Shown here in pieces: positions 22,875-35,048 of a stretch of 64,000 bases of DNA (position 1 is its first letter; the number at the start of each line of letters is the position of its first letter). The notes under the pieces are model-generated. The model did not search any database, was not told the DNA's origin, and worked only from the letters and a program-made list of their open reading frames with translations. Made by a program: the position numbers and the translations under genes. Where the stretch lies: positions 16,734,581-16,798,580 of the forward strand of contig OZ037767.1 in assembly GCA_964035545.1 (NCBI GenBank), read 5' to 3'. The DNA is from Bugula neritina. Its lineage: Eukaryota > Animalia > Bryozoa.

Positions 22875-23907
22875 GAGAGTACTTACATCACAGGGGGAGA
22901 CCTGCACCGTCTGGTCATCCAACATTTTCACACATTTCTCTGCTACATCCAGGGGCCTGATTCTGCAGTAGACCTGCAAGGGGCAGGAGACAATTGACTC
23001 GTTAACTATTATAACTCACTCACTACTATTACTCACTCTACTACTATGACTCACTCTACTACTATGACTCACTCTACTGCTATGACTCACTCTACTACTA
23101 TTACTCACTCTACTACTATGACTCACTCTACTACTATGACTCACTCTACTGCTATGACTCACTCTACTACTATGACTCACTCTACTACTATGTCTCACTC
23201 TACTACTATGACTCACTCACCTCAACAGGGTCAAGGTCAGTGCTGCCGGAGTCAGAATTGTCACTCTTCGGAGCGTGTCTGGAGGGAGTTCTTCCGGGAG
23301 TCTGAGCCTTCCGGGCATTTCCTCTTCTGAAACACACATATGTGGTATACTTAGGTGGTGATATACTTAGCTTATACTTAGCTGGTGATATACTTAGCTG
23401 GTGGTATACTTAGCTGGTAGTATACTTAGGTGGTGGTATACTTAGCTGGTAGTATACTTAGCTGATGGTATACTTAGCTGGTAGTATACTTAGGTGGTGG
23501 TATACTTAGCTTATACTTAAGTGGTGATATACTTAGCTGATGGTATACTTAGGTGGTGGTATACTTAGCTGGTGGTATACTTAGGTGGTGATATACTTAG
23601 CTGGTGGTATACTTACTTGTTAGGTGGTGGTATACTTAGCTGGTGGTATACTTAGCTGGTGATATACTTAGCTGGTGGTATACTTAGCTGGTAGTATACT
23701 TAGCTGGTGGTATACTTAGCTGGTAGTATACTTAGCTGATGGTATACTTAGCTGGTAGTATACTTAGGTGGTGGTATACTTAGCTTATACTTAAGTGGTG
23801 ATATACTTAGCTGATGGTATACTTAGGTGGTGGTATACTTAGCTGGTGGTATACTTAGGTGGTGGTATACTTAGCTGGTAGTATACTTACTTGTTAGGTG
23901 GTTTCAT
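14034..23907 (-). CDS. KIF23: Kinesin-6 KIF23/MKLP1 (centralspindlin); 20 exons: 23907-23891, 23326-23221, 22973-22887, 22768-22751, 21533-21428, 20844-20708, 20315-20212, 20119-19928, 19578-19490, 18768-18647, 18304-18122, 18043-17924, 17603-17373, 16911-16806, 16396-16092, 15978-15793, 15661-15488, 15234-15013, 14622-14537, 14172-14034
   Basis: DPVEVYCRIRP; P-loop YGITSSGKT; [13 protein letters not shown]; [11 protein letters not shown]; LVDLAGSER; [31 protein letters not shown]; coiled coil; [16 protein letters not shown]; C-terminal [16 protein letters not shown]. Confidence 0.95.
14625..14998 (-). repeat. 14-bp repeat filling KIF23 intron 18
   Basis: cagagtagagtata (plus strand) up to the acceptor. 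Confidence 0.95.
15288..15480 (-). repeat. 19-bp repeat with GTCACATGAC core, KIF23 intron 17
   Basis: ctagtcacatgacatctca x~10. Confidence 0.92.
15700..15800 (-). repeat. Triplicated KIF23 exon 16 donor (~34-bp unit)
   Basis: Sense CCCCG|gtatgtacctatatccactccttccctctccctg|gtatgtacctatatccactcc...cgg|gtatattgctatatccact. Confidence 0.88.
16405..16790 (-). repeat. Two adjacent ~15-16-bp repeats, KIF23 intron 14
   Basis: taatataatatactg then tatatagacattaga. Confidence 0.85.
16927..17318 (-). repeat. 15-bp repeat next to the acceptor, KIF23 intron 13
   Basis: cagtgtatcactacg x~26. Confidence 0.95.
18308..18600 (-). repeat. ~23-bp repeat carrying GTAAGT, KIF23 intron 10
   Basis: Sense tgtatactGTAAGTtacacgtac. 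Confidence 0.92.
18779..19051 (-). repeat. 31-bp repeat carrying TACTAAC directly upstream of the acceptor, KIF23 intron 9
   Basis: Sense gctactgccagtcaTACTAACtagagtaact x~9. Confidence 0.93.
19611..19934 (-). repeat. 30-bp GT...AG unit spanning the KIF23 exon 8 donor (11 AAG|GTAG junctions)
   Basis: Sense atactaag|gtagtttcctattggctgtact with exact 30-bp period 19627-19927. Confidence 0.95.
20325..20640. repeat. Self-complementary ~14-bp repeat, KIF23 intron 6
   Basis: cagtatactatata interleaved with its reverse complement tatatagtatactg. Confidence 0.9.
20845..21427 (-). repeat. KIF23 intron 5 composed entirely of a 22-bp repeat
   Basis: Sense (gtattactacagtatagtgttt)x26 + gtattgctcag = 583 nt. 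Confidence 0.93.
21688..22037 (-). repeat. 27-bp repeat plus a ~123-bp duplication, KIF23 intron 4
   Basis: ggacaacttcacact(c/t)actaggagaga; gttagtgcacaccatgtgcgaagctgg block duplicated. Confidence 0.9.
22390..22670 (-). repeat. ~23-bp repeat, KIF23 intron 4
   Basis: atcaacagttga(a/g)tagagagtat x~12. Confidence 0.9.
23016..23220 (-). repeat. 18-bp repeat reiterating GA|GTGAGT from the KIF23 exon 2 donor
   Basis: Sense GAG|gtgagtgagtcatagtagtagagtgag... x~11. Confidence 0.93.
23341..23902 (-). repeat. ~16-bp repeat filling KIF23 intron 1, derived from the exon 1/donor sequence
   Basis: Sense aagtataccaccac/gct; exact copy of accacctaacaa|gtaagtatac at ~23607-23628. Confidence 0.92.
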
Positions 23908-24439
23908 GGTTACTTGTGGAGCCAAAAGTACTTTTACTTTGATGAGGTCACATTCAGCAACTGTTCAAAGATTAAAATATTTTATATTCAAGGAATAAAA
24001 CTCAAATTTTTACCATGTTAGTTTCAGTCTTACAGTAACTCTACTTGGATAAGTAAACTTATATGTTGTTTCTTATAATGATGGTGACTACCAGTAACTC
24101 TAAATCATGTAGTAAATGCAATGTTGTAATAGTAGCTGTAATAGTAATACCAACAATGCTACAGTTATCAACTTGGACTATATATTTATTTTTAATTTGA
24201 ACAGTTAAATGTATAAATTATAGTCTTTATTAAATGGTAATATTAATATTTACGATCGTCATGATCATTACATTAAGTATTTATATTTACTATTATTACC
24301 TACAAGTAAAGTGCTAGTATATAGTTATTCTATATAAGTATAGCTTAATGTAAAACTTCAACAATAACCAATAGTTGTAGCATTAGTAATACTATAGTCT
24401 ATAATTGTACTTATAGTAAATGCAATACAATAAGACTAA

Positions 24440-25373
24440 GTTCTCAGATGAAGTTCAATATAAATAAATGTGAGCATATGACAATTCAACGCTCCACTGT
24501 AAATCCTCTAGTGTCTCAATACAGCATGAATAATGACCCCTTACAATGTGTTGACAAAGTATTATACCTTGGTGTCACGATTGATAATAAACTGTCATTC
24601 GATCAACATATAATAAACATTTGCTCAAAAGCTAATAAATTATTACACATGCTGATGCGCTGTCTAAAAAAGGCTAAAAGTAAAACCAGAGCCATAGCTT
24701 ATAAAACAGTCTGTCGCCCTATACTAGAATTTGCGACCCACACCTGGTCTCCATTTAAATTGAAAAACATCAACATCATAGAAGGTATAAATAGAAAAGC
24801 CTTCAGGTGGACATTCTGTAAGAGAAAACGAGATCATATAACTGAGCTCATGACAAATTCTAATTGGGATAGCCTTGCACAAAGACGTGACAATGCAGAC
24901 CAAAAAATGTACTTTCGTATGCTTTCTGGTAGTGCCGCTATAGACCAAGACCGGTTCTCCCTTCATTTTGCAGAGTCTCACAATACCAGACATGGTGCTA
25001 TTAAGGGCAATATCAATACCAAAACTGCCAAACATTCATATAAACATCGCATCCATAAACTTTTCTAATGATTCTAGCTGCTTTGCCTAACTGATTATAA
25101 GCACTTAACACCGATTCTGCTTTATATCATCTGAAGCTGTGCGGTGCATATTTATTTATTTATTTACTTTTTTTTTCTTTTTCTTTTTTTTTCTTCTGGC
25201 AGTAGCTAGCTATTGAGCTTTGAATCAAAGCATAATTAACTATATTTTTATCTCGTAGACAAAATGGTTTTCTTCCTTACTACTGATAATCTAAACAATT
25301 GTTCATACACCACTGCATCTCGATAAAGGAGCCAAAGCGCTCCGAGTGAGATTAATTAGATGAGATGAGATGA
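24440..25373 (+). mobile_element. 5'-truncated non-LTR retrotransposon (CR1/L2-like): RT C-terminus plus 3' UTR
   Basis: ORF 24448-25068 MKFNINKC..YLGVTIDNKLSFDQHI..AYKTVCRPILEFA..WSP..W.SL..RR is the typical LINE ORF2 tail; ends in simple repeat agatgagatgagatga. Confidence 0.85.
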
Positions 25374-26777
25374 ATAAGTCATAGTCAGTAATGATTATTA
25401 AATTTAACAACTAAGATCATAATGATAATATTGTTGATTTTTTTAAGTAAGTAATAATTATACGTATAGTTAAGAGTATAACTATTAGTATATAAGTTAG
25501 TTTTATTCATACTGAAACTCATAGTTATACTCATGTTAATACTGACAGTAATACCAAGAGTCAGACTAAGATTAAGAATGAGTCTAATACTTATAATAAT
25601 AATTATATAGTTATACTTATAGCTTATACTTATAGGCTCATACTTATAGGTATAGTAAATGTAGTGCTTATAGTTAAAGATTTATACTGATACTTATAGT
25701 AATGGTTATACTGAGAGTGATACTCACACTCAGTCATAGTGATACACTTATATTTACAGTATGACTATGAGTATCAGTATGATTATCATCAATGTCATAC
25801 TGATAGTCAAACTCAATGTCATACTCATAGTAATACTAATAGACAATAGTAATAGTAAATTACTAAAAGTGATACTGATAGCATTGCCATTAGTAATAGT
25901 GATACTCTCACTTTGACTTTTAGTTTCAGTTAAACTTAATCATAATGTCATACTTATACAGTTACTGTTAGTTAAACTTAATGTTATACTGATACTAATA
26001 GTAATAATAAATCACTAAAAGTAAAACTTAATGTAATACTTATTTTTTATTAATATTACCCTAAGTTATTTCTTACAGTTATAGTTTTAGTAATAGTTAA
26101 TAACTATAACTATAAGTTATAGTTACACTTAATCTTATACTTATAGTTATTCTTCATTTTATAAGTATAATAATCACTTTATACTTTAACTTATACTGTT
26201 ATAGTTATAAGTAATATTAATTATTACCATTAAATAAATCATTAAATTTAATATTATATTAATATTTATAATTATTATAAATTAAAATAATTATTAATTC
26301 ATTTATTAATAATTCAAATTGAATAACTTATTCAGTTAATGTTATACTTATTGAGTTAAACTTAAAGTTAATCATAATGTTTAAGGTATACAATAAAGAT
26401 AAACTTAAGCTGTAAAGAAACAAACAACTTGTAACCTATAAATGATTATATTATCGATACATTATTTGATAAAAAAAGTTAACAATTGCAGATAGTACTA
26501 GAAATAATGCTATTGATAGCAGTGATATTTGTAGTTGTCGGTTTTTGGGCATGGCGCTCATTTAGCAATAAACCAATCACAGTCAAGTATGCGAAATTCA
26601 TTTCATTTCGAATAATAGATGTAAACATTTGCGCCGTCAGTTTATTGTATTTTTAAAATTTTAAATAAAATACATATTTTTTTATCAAATTTTAATTTAT
26701 TAAGTATGCGCAAACACTATAAACTTTTGTTGAAAATGGTTTTGTTACCGTTTTGCGGGTAAAAGCCTTTCAGTTTC

Positions 26778-26789
26778 CAAACATGGCGT
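26778..26789 (+). promoter_or_regulatory. YY1-like motif near the vasohibin 5' end (also opens a short upstream ORF)
   Basis: caaacATGGCGt followed by a donor at 26809; splicing to the 27208 acceptor reaches a stop before the main ATG. Confidence 0.35.
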
Positions 26790-27273
26790 CTTATAGTAAA
26801 CACAAAAGGTAAAAATTATGCTTTCTAAAATATATAGTGCTGAAGGCAATTATCTTGATCCCCGTGACTAATACGTTCATTAATTTTCAAGACTTTAAGT
26901 AACTAAAAAATAAACTTATAGCACTATCATGCTTCCACACAACTTCAATTCAGTTTCAACTTTTCAGCTTTGTGGCAGTTTCTAATTTCTAAAAGTAAAT
27001 ATAATTCTATGTCTGTGGCATATCTAATTTTATATTGTTACTCATTATTATTAAAAAGATTTATTGTAAGGTAGATAATGTCTAATATGAAAGTTAGGCT
27101 ACTTTACAGACCTTTGAGTTTTACTTACACTCTGTAAGTTTTTTTTTAAACTAAGGCTCTACAAATGGTTTCTTTTAGAACTTGCCTATTAGATTATACT
27201 TTTGCAGCACAGATAACTAGCTCAAAATGCTAGAAGACATTTCTATTCGTTAAAACAGACAGCTACGGTCACA

Positions 27274-29957
27274 ATGAAGAAGGTCAAGATAGTGAGCAAG
27301 CAATCACCAACAGAGAGTGATACGAATGACGATACAGGAACTGATGGTGTTTTATTTTGGATAAATAAGTCTGGTTTCCCTATTAGTGATCATGTTTGGG
27401 AGCGAATGTTTTCGCATGCATCAAAGCTTCATCCTGGTGGTGAATCAGTTATTAACAATATAAAGAACTGTCAGAATACTACTCCGGTGAGTGAACAACA
27501 GAGAACTCAAATGCACTTTACTCTCATCTTCATGACTATTTCAATGTTATCCAGTTTATAAATTCACTACATGGGAATACTGAATTATTATGCAAAACTT
27601 ATTAATCACTTATTTTTTCACATTTCACAGCATTTGTTGGTTAATTATCTAGTTTTTACAGAGGTGTAAATATACACCATATCTCTTTATTGTTGTTTAA
27701 TAATTCATATTTACTTACGATATACTATGCAAAACTTATTTGCCTACTGCCATTTATTAAAACATGCTGTTCAGCTATTAGATTTTTCATATAAATATTA
27801 TGTATTTTTGCAATAACTACTATGAATGAAGTTTAGAGTTTGATAGAATTTTCTCTCAAATAGAACCACTGCATTTTCAAGCTCAATAGCAATGCATTGT
27901 GTATGTTGTAAGGTTAATATTCCAAAGCCTCCTTCTACTAACGTTTCCATGGTGACAGCTGATCGTAGAGTAGCGCAAGTCCAGCAGTACATGTGTGAGT
28001 TACAGTACAACCACACTGGAACTCAGTTCTTTGATATCAAGAAGTATCGCTCTATGACCAGGTAACTGTGAGTGTATAGTTATTACTCTATGACTAAGTA
28101 ACTGTGAGTTAGTAGTTGATATTACTGAGTAGAAGTTACTAAAAGAACTTACTCATAGCATTGTGTAAACTTAACGGAGTTGGAGGAGCAGAACTGAGGC
28201 TATACTTCTGCAACATCTGACTCACCAGGTGTGATACGCTGTTAGTAGTAATACATGACTAAGTATCCTTTGAGCTACTAGTAATATGATTATTCTACAG
28301 CCAATCAGAAACAGCTAGAGAGATGATAAAAGAGTCTCTTCCAATCAAATGCCTGGAGGCTGTAATACTGGGCATATATTTGACCAATGGAGTGGCCGGG
28401 TTGGAGAGGTACCCTCTGGGGTTCAGGTCGGTGTTCGGCAGCAATGTACACAGACACGTGGTGCTGGTGGTCAGCTGGAACGGCTTGTTCGGAGCTCTGG
28501 GTATGAGTCGTAGAGCTGACCTCATGTACAAGCCTATGCAGTTTTCTGTGAGTCATCAGATATATATGCCTCTCTATCAGTTGTATGTTTGCTTTCTTAC
28601 TTTGACTTCTCTATAAAGTATAAAGTTGTAGTCCTAGTCCATAATTATATCATAGACATCAGTCATGGCTACATATCAATCTGTTATAAACTCTCATAGC
28701 CTCTCGCCATATTAAACTGTGTGACGTGTGCAGGGGTCAAGGTCACTGTTGTAGAGTTTGTCAGATCTAGTCATAGACTTCATAGAGTCATACAACCAGT
28801 ACAGACACAAAGTGAACAAGGTGAAGATAGGTTTCCCCGTGTCACATGACCCGCATGGTCACGAGGCTATACAATGGAAAGGTGAGGGCAGCAGCGTACT
28901 CGTCTCGTATTTTATGTCTGTGTAGTTTAGGATTCTAGGCTATAGTTGGTGGTAATATGATGCATAGTATTGGTTTAATTTAGTTCTCTCATAGTAAATA
29001 GTACAGTGTTGAGTACTTTTGTTAGAGTTGTCTTTGCTTGAGCTGAACTTTTCTATCTATAATGGTATCGATAATAATTATATATTTGTTATTATATACA
29101 AAATTTATGCTAACAATGTACTATAAATAAAATGTTTATTTTTGTGCCACTGCTGAATCTGTCATCATCATACATTTTGTTGTGCTCTGAATCTTCTGCT
29201 TGTTATTGCATGGTTTAGGGTGTGTGGTTAACCCATGTAAAATATCTAAAACTGAGCTGAAACAAGCCGTGGAAAAGCACAGCAAAGATATTAGGGCGTG
29301 GGTTAGACAAGCCCCGTTTGGTTCTACATATGCACCGAGACCACAGGCTAACAGCTACCCTGCCCCTACGCTGTCACATACGTCCCCTACTAAACACAAG
29401 TCTACAAATGATGCTCCTTTAAGGTAAAATCGATGCATATCATAGAATGAGTCATGTCTTCATGTGATGAGTCATGACTTCATGTGATGAGTCGTGTCTT
29501 CATGTGATTAGCCATGACTTCATGTGATTAGTCATGTCTTCATGTAATGAGTCATGTCTTCATGTGATGAGTCATGTCTTCATGTGATGAGTCATGACTT
29601 CATGTGATTAGTCATGTCTTCATAGAATGAGCCTATAACAGTAATAGCTTAGTAGAAACAACAAACCTGCATTGTTGGCTCTTTTCTAATTTCTTATCAT
29701 TTTGCCTGTTTGTCTACTTCCTGTCTACTCAACTTCCTGTTTGTCTACTTCCTGTCTACTCAACTTCCTGTCTACTCTACTTCCTTTTTACTCTACTTCA
29801 TGTTTACTCTATTTCCTGTTTAACCAACAGAGACTCGGCAGTGCACATAGTGGTGGATGAGACCTCCTCACTCAATGCGTCTCAAGACCCGGTCAGCAAG
29901 AGCGCAGCCGGAGGTCACGCTGCTGGCAGCAAACCTAACTTTGAGATGAGAATCTAG
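27274..29957 (+). CDS. VASH: Vasohibin (tubulin detyrosinase); exons 27274-27486, 27913-28061, 28301-28547, 28755-28881, 29219-29422, 29831-29957
   Basis: FWINKSGFP..WERM; LQYNHTGTQFFDIKK; LPIKCLEAVILGIYLTNG (catalytic Cys); HRHVVL; GALGMSRRADL; VSHDPH; C-terminus FEMRI. Confidence 0.93.
29448..29820 (+). repeat. 20-bp CATGTG-containing repeat (29448-29632) and pyrimidine-rich ~16-bp repeat next to the acceptor (29705-29820), VASH intron 5
   Basis: gagtcatgtcttcatgtgat; cttcctgtctactcaa. Confidence 0.88.
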
Positions 29958-30755
29958 TTACCTTCTGATAAAGGAAGATAACTCTTAATAGCAACTCTTT
30001 GCATGATGTATATTATTTTATAGAGTCAGTTATGTAGCAGGGATACTTTCTATATTTTTTATTCTAGATTATTCCTAGACGATTAAAAATTTGTCCAAAA
30101 AATTGTAATATAGAAATCAAGCATGCAGTGCAGTATAAACTTTTCTATGCACTTAATAAAAGACAAAGAAAGTTCTTTTATTTTAATAAGCATACGATTT
30201 TACATTCTGTACTTGACACTGCATTAATACATTTTGCTAAAATATTCCAACAATTATAAAATAAATTTAAGCAATTTATCACATAATGTCATTAACATGC
30301 AAACTATTATAAAAATGTTGGTAATTTAATAATTCTCAGCGAATATTGACTAGATCTGCTAAATCAGCACACACAAAGTAAGCCATTTTAATAGCTCATA
30401 ATATGTTTTAGTTTATTTGTATTTTTGTTTATTGTGCAATACTGCAAGTTGTCTAATTTTGTTGCTTTATGAAGTAACAAGAGTTATCTTCCCTTCTTGT
30501 GGCATAATATTCTAGAATGTGTCTCTGAAATACCTCACATTGTCTTGCTTTTCACCACTTTATGTTATTTTAGAGTTCTTTTAATATTTTTATACTGAAT
30601 AAAGTTTTCTGGATTATTAAGTAAATAATTATTATTAAGCTATATAGTAAGATTTCTTCAGCAATGTAGTTGTGTTTTATCTACTCTCTTAGTGAAATAT
30701 ATAAATACAACAAATGTACTGATAGATATAGTGTACTGGTTCCTCTACACCAGCC

Positions 30756-33700
30756 ATGGAGATGTTTGTTACTAGAGACGTAGTGCCCACAATTAATGTT
30801 GACAAGTCCAACCCAACTGTGTCCAATGTGTCTACAGGTGCTGGGACACCAGGTATACAAGTATAATGTTTATTATATGGTTATGTTTAAATATGCGCAT
30901 GTGAATTTTACCTGCAATCTGCTTTTTGAACCAGGAAATCTATTCCACTAGCAGTAATTCTTGAAATGCCTTTGCCACCAGGGGGCAGTTGTCCTTTCGT
31001 GTTGCAGTAACTATGGCTTATATAGTGATCTACAGTATATCACATGTCAATAGTCAATAGTGTACTATGATGTTTGTATAGTGAGAAGGTGCACAAGTGA
31101 ATAGTATTAGCAAGTACACTTTAAGTTTTACTCTTTGAGGATTGTTAAAATTACGTTAACCAAAGCAGCTCAAAGACTAGTTCATACAGTCATATATAGA
31201 GTATCGTTAGAAGTGCTAAAGCAGCGTCATAATAAAACTTTGTGGATCTGAGTTGTATATAAAGAATTGAGAATTTTATTCAGCATGTAGGTTGTAGAAT
31301 TATCCCCCTTGTCACTATTAACCATAACAACTTTTTGTTACTGTAGAAAACCCTGGGGAGTATTAGCAATTTGAAATAAGTCACCTAATATGTTATATGT
31401 GTATTTCACAGCCACAGGTAAAGTATTTTCATATTCACATATGTATTTCACTGCAGGTATATTTCGTGGATATTACAGGTATATTTTCCAAGAGCAGCGT
31501 GTACTACCCATTCATTATTGGCCTGCTCATTATAATAGCCATCAACATCGCCGTCGCTATAGTCATCCTATCCATGTATATCATAAACCTAATGAGAAAG
31601 AAGAAACAGTCAAAGCCCGTCAGTCTAACTTCCCCCAAGATGCTCAGCAACATCCGGGCTACATTTGGAACCATGCCAAGTACTGCTGGACACACAGTGG
31701 GTGGCCCAGTTTCCTTATTATCCAAACGTAAGGCACTTCGCTGTTATTACATAATCTATGTTTCCATCATTCGGGTTGGACTTTTCATTGGTTTCTGAAA
31801 ACAGTTTCATCAATGAGACAACAAGTTAATACAAACCACAACTACAAATATTAATGTTATATGAGCATCCATTCCCATAACCATGGTAACGCAGTGAATC
31901 ACTCTATATTCTATAGTTCGTGTATATAGTATATAATATGTAAAAACCTGAATCTCCACCTTGCCATGTAAATAAGCAGATAATACAGTAATATGATATA
32001 GTAGGATGCGCAAGTTGCTCAAGAAGTTGTGTTCTCCATATGTGTGTAGAAATAGAAAAGTTCTATCGTAGACCAGTTGAAGTAAGTTTGATAGTTTTAT
32101 ATGAGAATCAAATTAGACTATATAAATTTTAAGCTGTAAGATCTTGCTCTATCACAAGTAATGTCTACCAGACATACAAGTAATGTTTACAGGTAAGTTT
32201 TTACAGGTAGTTGTTTACAGGTGGTTGTTAATATACATGAGGCATATCAGCAGTATAATCTTGAGAAATGCTATTAAATAGTCATATGATCTGTTACAGT
32301 GGATGACAAAACTGGAGAGAAGAAAAGCAGAGAGGGCAGAGCACGTAAACATTCTGTCAAAAATGACGGGAAGAAGTCGAAGAGAAGAGTTTCAATGGAG
32401 CATCATCCAATTGAAGAGCAAGGTTTGTGGTATTGTATCTTGTACACAACTACGGCTATAGCTTAGTGGTATACGAGAATATAATACAATATATAATAAT
32501 AGTAAAGGACAATTCAATGCAAAAATACAATATGATAATATAACAATCAAATAAAGTTATAACGTGATGTTAAAGTAGAATATCATGGAATGCCATAGCG
32601 CAGTATAAAGCAACTAACAGTGTTTTATCATTTGCTTTGTAAAATACTATATATTATTATTTATTTTCTTATGCTGCTTTTAACATTCTAATCATATATT
32701 ATAATTTTTGCATGCAAGAAGTAAGCACATTATTGACGTTAACTGTAAGTATAAGTTGTGTCTTTCGTCTGCACAGGCAAAAGTATGAGTTTAGTCAAAA
32801 GTTTCGAGATTGAAGCCAAAAGAAGTCAAAGGACATTTGACAGGCCAGCTGTGTGTACCCCAGTCATCATTAAATCAGATGAAAATAGTAAGCTTTTCCC
32901 CTTCTTCCTCCCTTCTATCCACCCCTAGTGAGGGGTATACAGCACAAACATGTGTCTGAAATTTGTAAAATAGTTGTTTATATAATGCTTATATTGAACT
33001 GATTATATATTTATTACATACAGCAAATTTTCACTGCATTTTTATTCACTACCATAAATTCTTGTTAGATTTTCATTGAGAGTTTTTCTCTGAAAAATTA
33101 TGTTAAGTTTATACGTTGGCAGCTGCTAAACACTGCATATACACCTAATGCAAGTTCACTCAGCAGTGAGGAGATTGATGGTACAGTTGGTAAAATATGA
33201 CAACGTTGAGAACCAGCTGCAAGGCATGCCGTGGATTGTCTAATTTATATATAGTTGAAAACACTGTAGAATATTTAGCCTTCCAAACTGTCATTTATGT
33301 TTTAGACGCATCGCAGGTTGACCTTGAGGAGGTGAAGAACCACATGCGGAAGACGCATCGACCCAGTATTAACGACAGCTCCCCCATGTCTGGGAGGAGG
33401 TTCTCGTTTAAGGAGAAGGTCCATAGAAGCATTGAGATAATGGACAAACTGGACAGACGAATGAGTTTGATATCAGGTGGGGCATCAGTCACATGATAGT
33501 GTTGTCACATGATAGTGTTGTCACATGACAGTATAGTCACATGACAGTGTAGTCACATATGACAGTGTAGTCACATGACAGTGTAGTCACATGATAGTGT
33601 TGTCACATGACAGTGTAGTCACATGACAGTGTAGTCACATGACAGTGTAGTCACATGATAAGGTTGTCACATGATAGTGTTGTCACATGACAGTGTAGTC

Positions 33701-33855
33701 ACATGACAATGTAGTCACATGACAGTGTAGTCACATGACACTTTAGTTACATGACATAATATGCATTATTGTTTTGTTTATTTGTTTGTATTTCAGGTTC
33801 ATCAGAGAAAGTCAGCAGTATCATATTTAGTAGAAAGTACTCAGTTCTCTCATAA
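30756..33855 (+). CDS. Uncharacterised single-pass membrane protein, paralog A; exons 30756-30852, 31479-31727, 32300-32422, 32777-32887, 33306-33476, 33797-33855
   Basis: Open spliced frame with five phase-1 introns; TM YYPFIIGLLIIIAINIAVAIVILSMYII then RKKK; tail homologous to paralog B. Confidence 0.75.
33487..33756 (+). repeat. 16-bp repeat with GTCACATGA core just after the donor, paralog A intron 5
   Basis: gtcacatgacagtgta x~17. Confidence 0.93.
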
Positions 33856-34502
33856 CTTCCTCAGTTCATTCAGGCTATTAGCAGTACCCCCCCCGCTACA
33901 TGAAGAGGTGCGCACATACTGAGGCTATATACAAGAAACTGTATCGCGAAATTAAATATCCCCTTAGGAAAACAGATTCTCTGTTTCTTCTTATGTTGAG
34001 AAAATAACTCTTCCACGATTTCATACAGGTTTATAATTTATATTCTCGACTGTCAACATAGGAAAACACAATATACAATAAAATTCATATGTATTTATAA
34101 ATATAAACAACAATTGTCATATCATACTTTTTTTCAACAATATGCTTATCATAATTATCATAAAAAAGTCGCAATTATTTTTAACAATGCATTTTGTATT
34201 GAGACAGCATTGTTGGTTACAAAGAAACATGGTGTGCAGTAAATGGTGATGAACCACTCATGTGAGTAAAGATTATTATGTAATGATATTATATTATTCC
34301 TAACCATAACTAAGATATGTATGTATATATGTAATAAATAGTATATCATAATAGATTATCACGCTGAAAGGTTTTATATTTTTGATAAAGTTTCACATAT
34401 GCATAGCATTGTGTTATAGTACGTATAATATATATTGTATTGTGATATTATAACATGTTTTCGTATGCATGTACATTGCAGATTCAACATTACCATTGCA
34501 GT

Positions 34503-34774
34503 ATGTCCAAAATAGAAAACACTACAACATTTACCACACTTCCTGTCTCTAATAACACAGGGGAAACAAGTATGTGATTATAACATATTCTATACAATTA
34601 AATAAAGTTAGCGAGGCTTTGTTCAACATTTTCAATTTCTCTCGTAGGTCTCTACTCTGTCGGTTTTTGTATCAAACTCAAAGTGAAACATACAACATTA
34701 AAGTATTACTCATTCAGTTGTATTTTATTGTACAACTGCTTTGAAAGCACCGTGTGCTCTACGTATTGTGCTAT

Positions 34775-34866
<92 letters not shown>

Positions 34867-34907
34867 CACATATATATATATACACATATATATATATATA
34901 CACATAT

Positions 34908-34970
<63 letters not shown>

Positions 34971-34993
34971 CACATATATATATATATACACAT

Positions 34994-35048
<55 letters not shown>

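Noticed and set aside
26783-26808. ATG at 26783 as the vasohibin start
   Set aside because: Splicing to the nearby acceptors (27208, 27213) gives in-frame stops; at most a uORF
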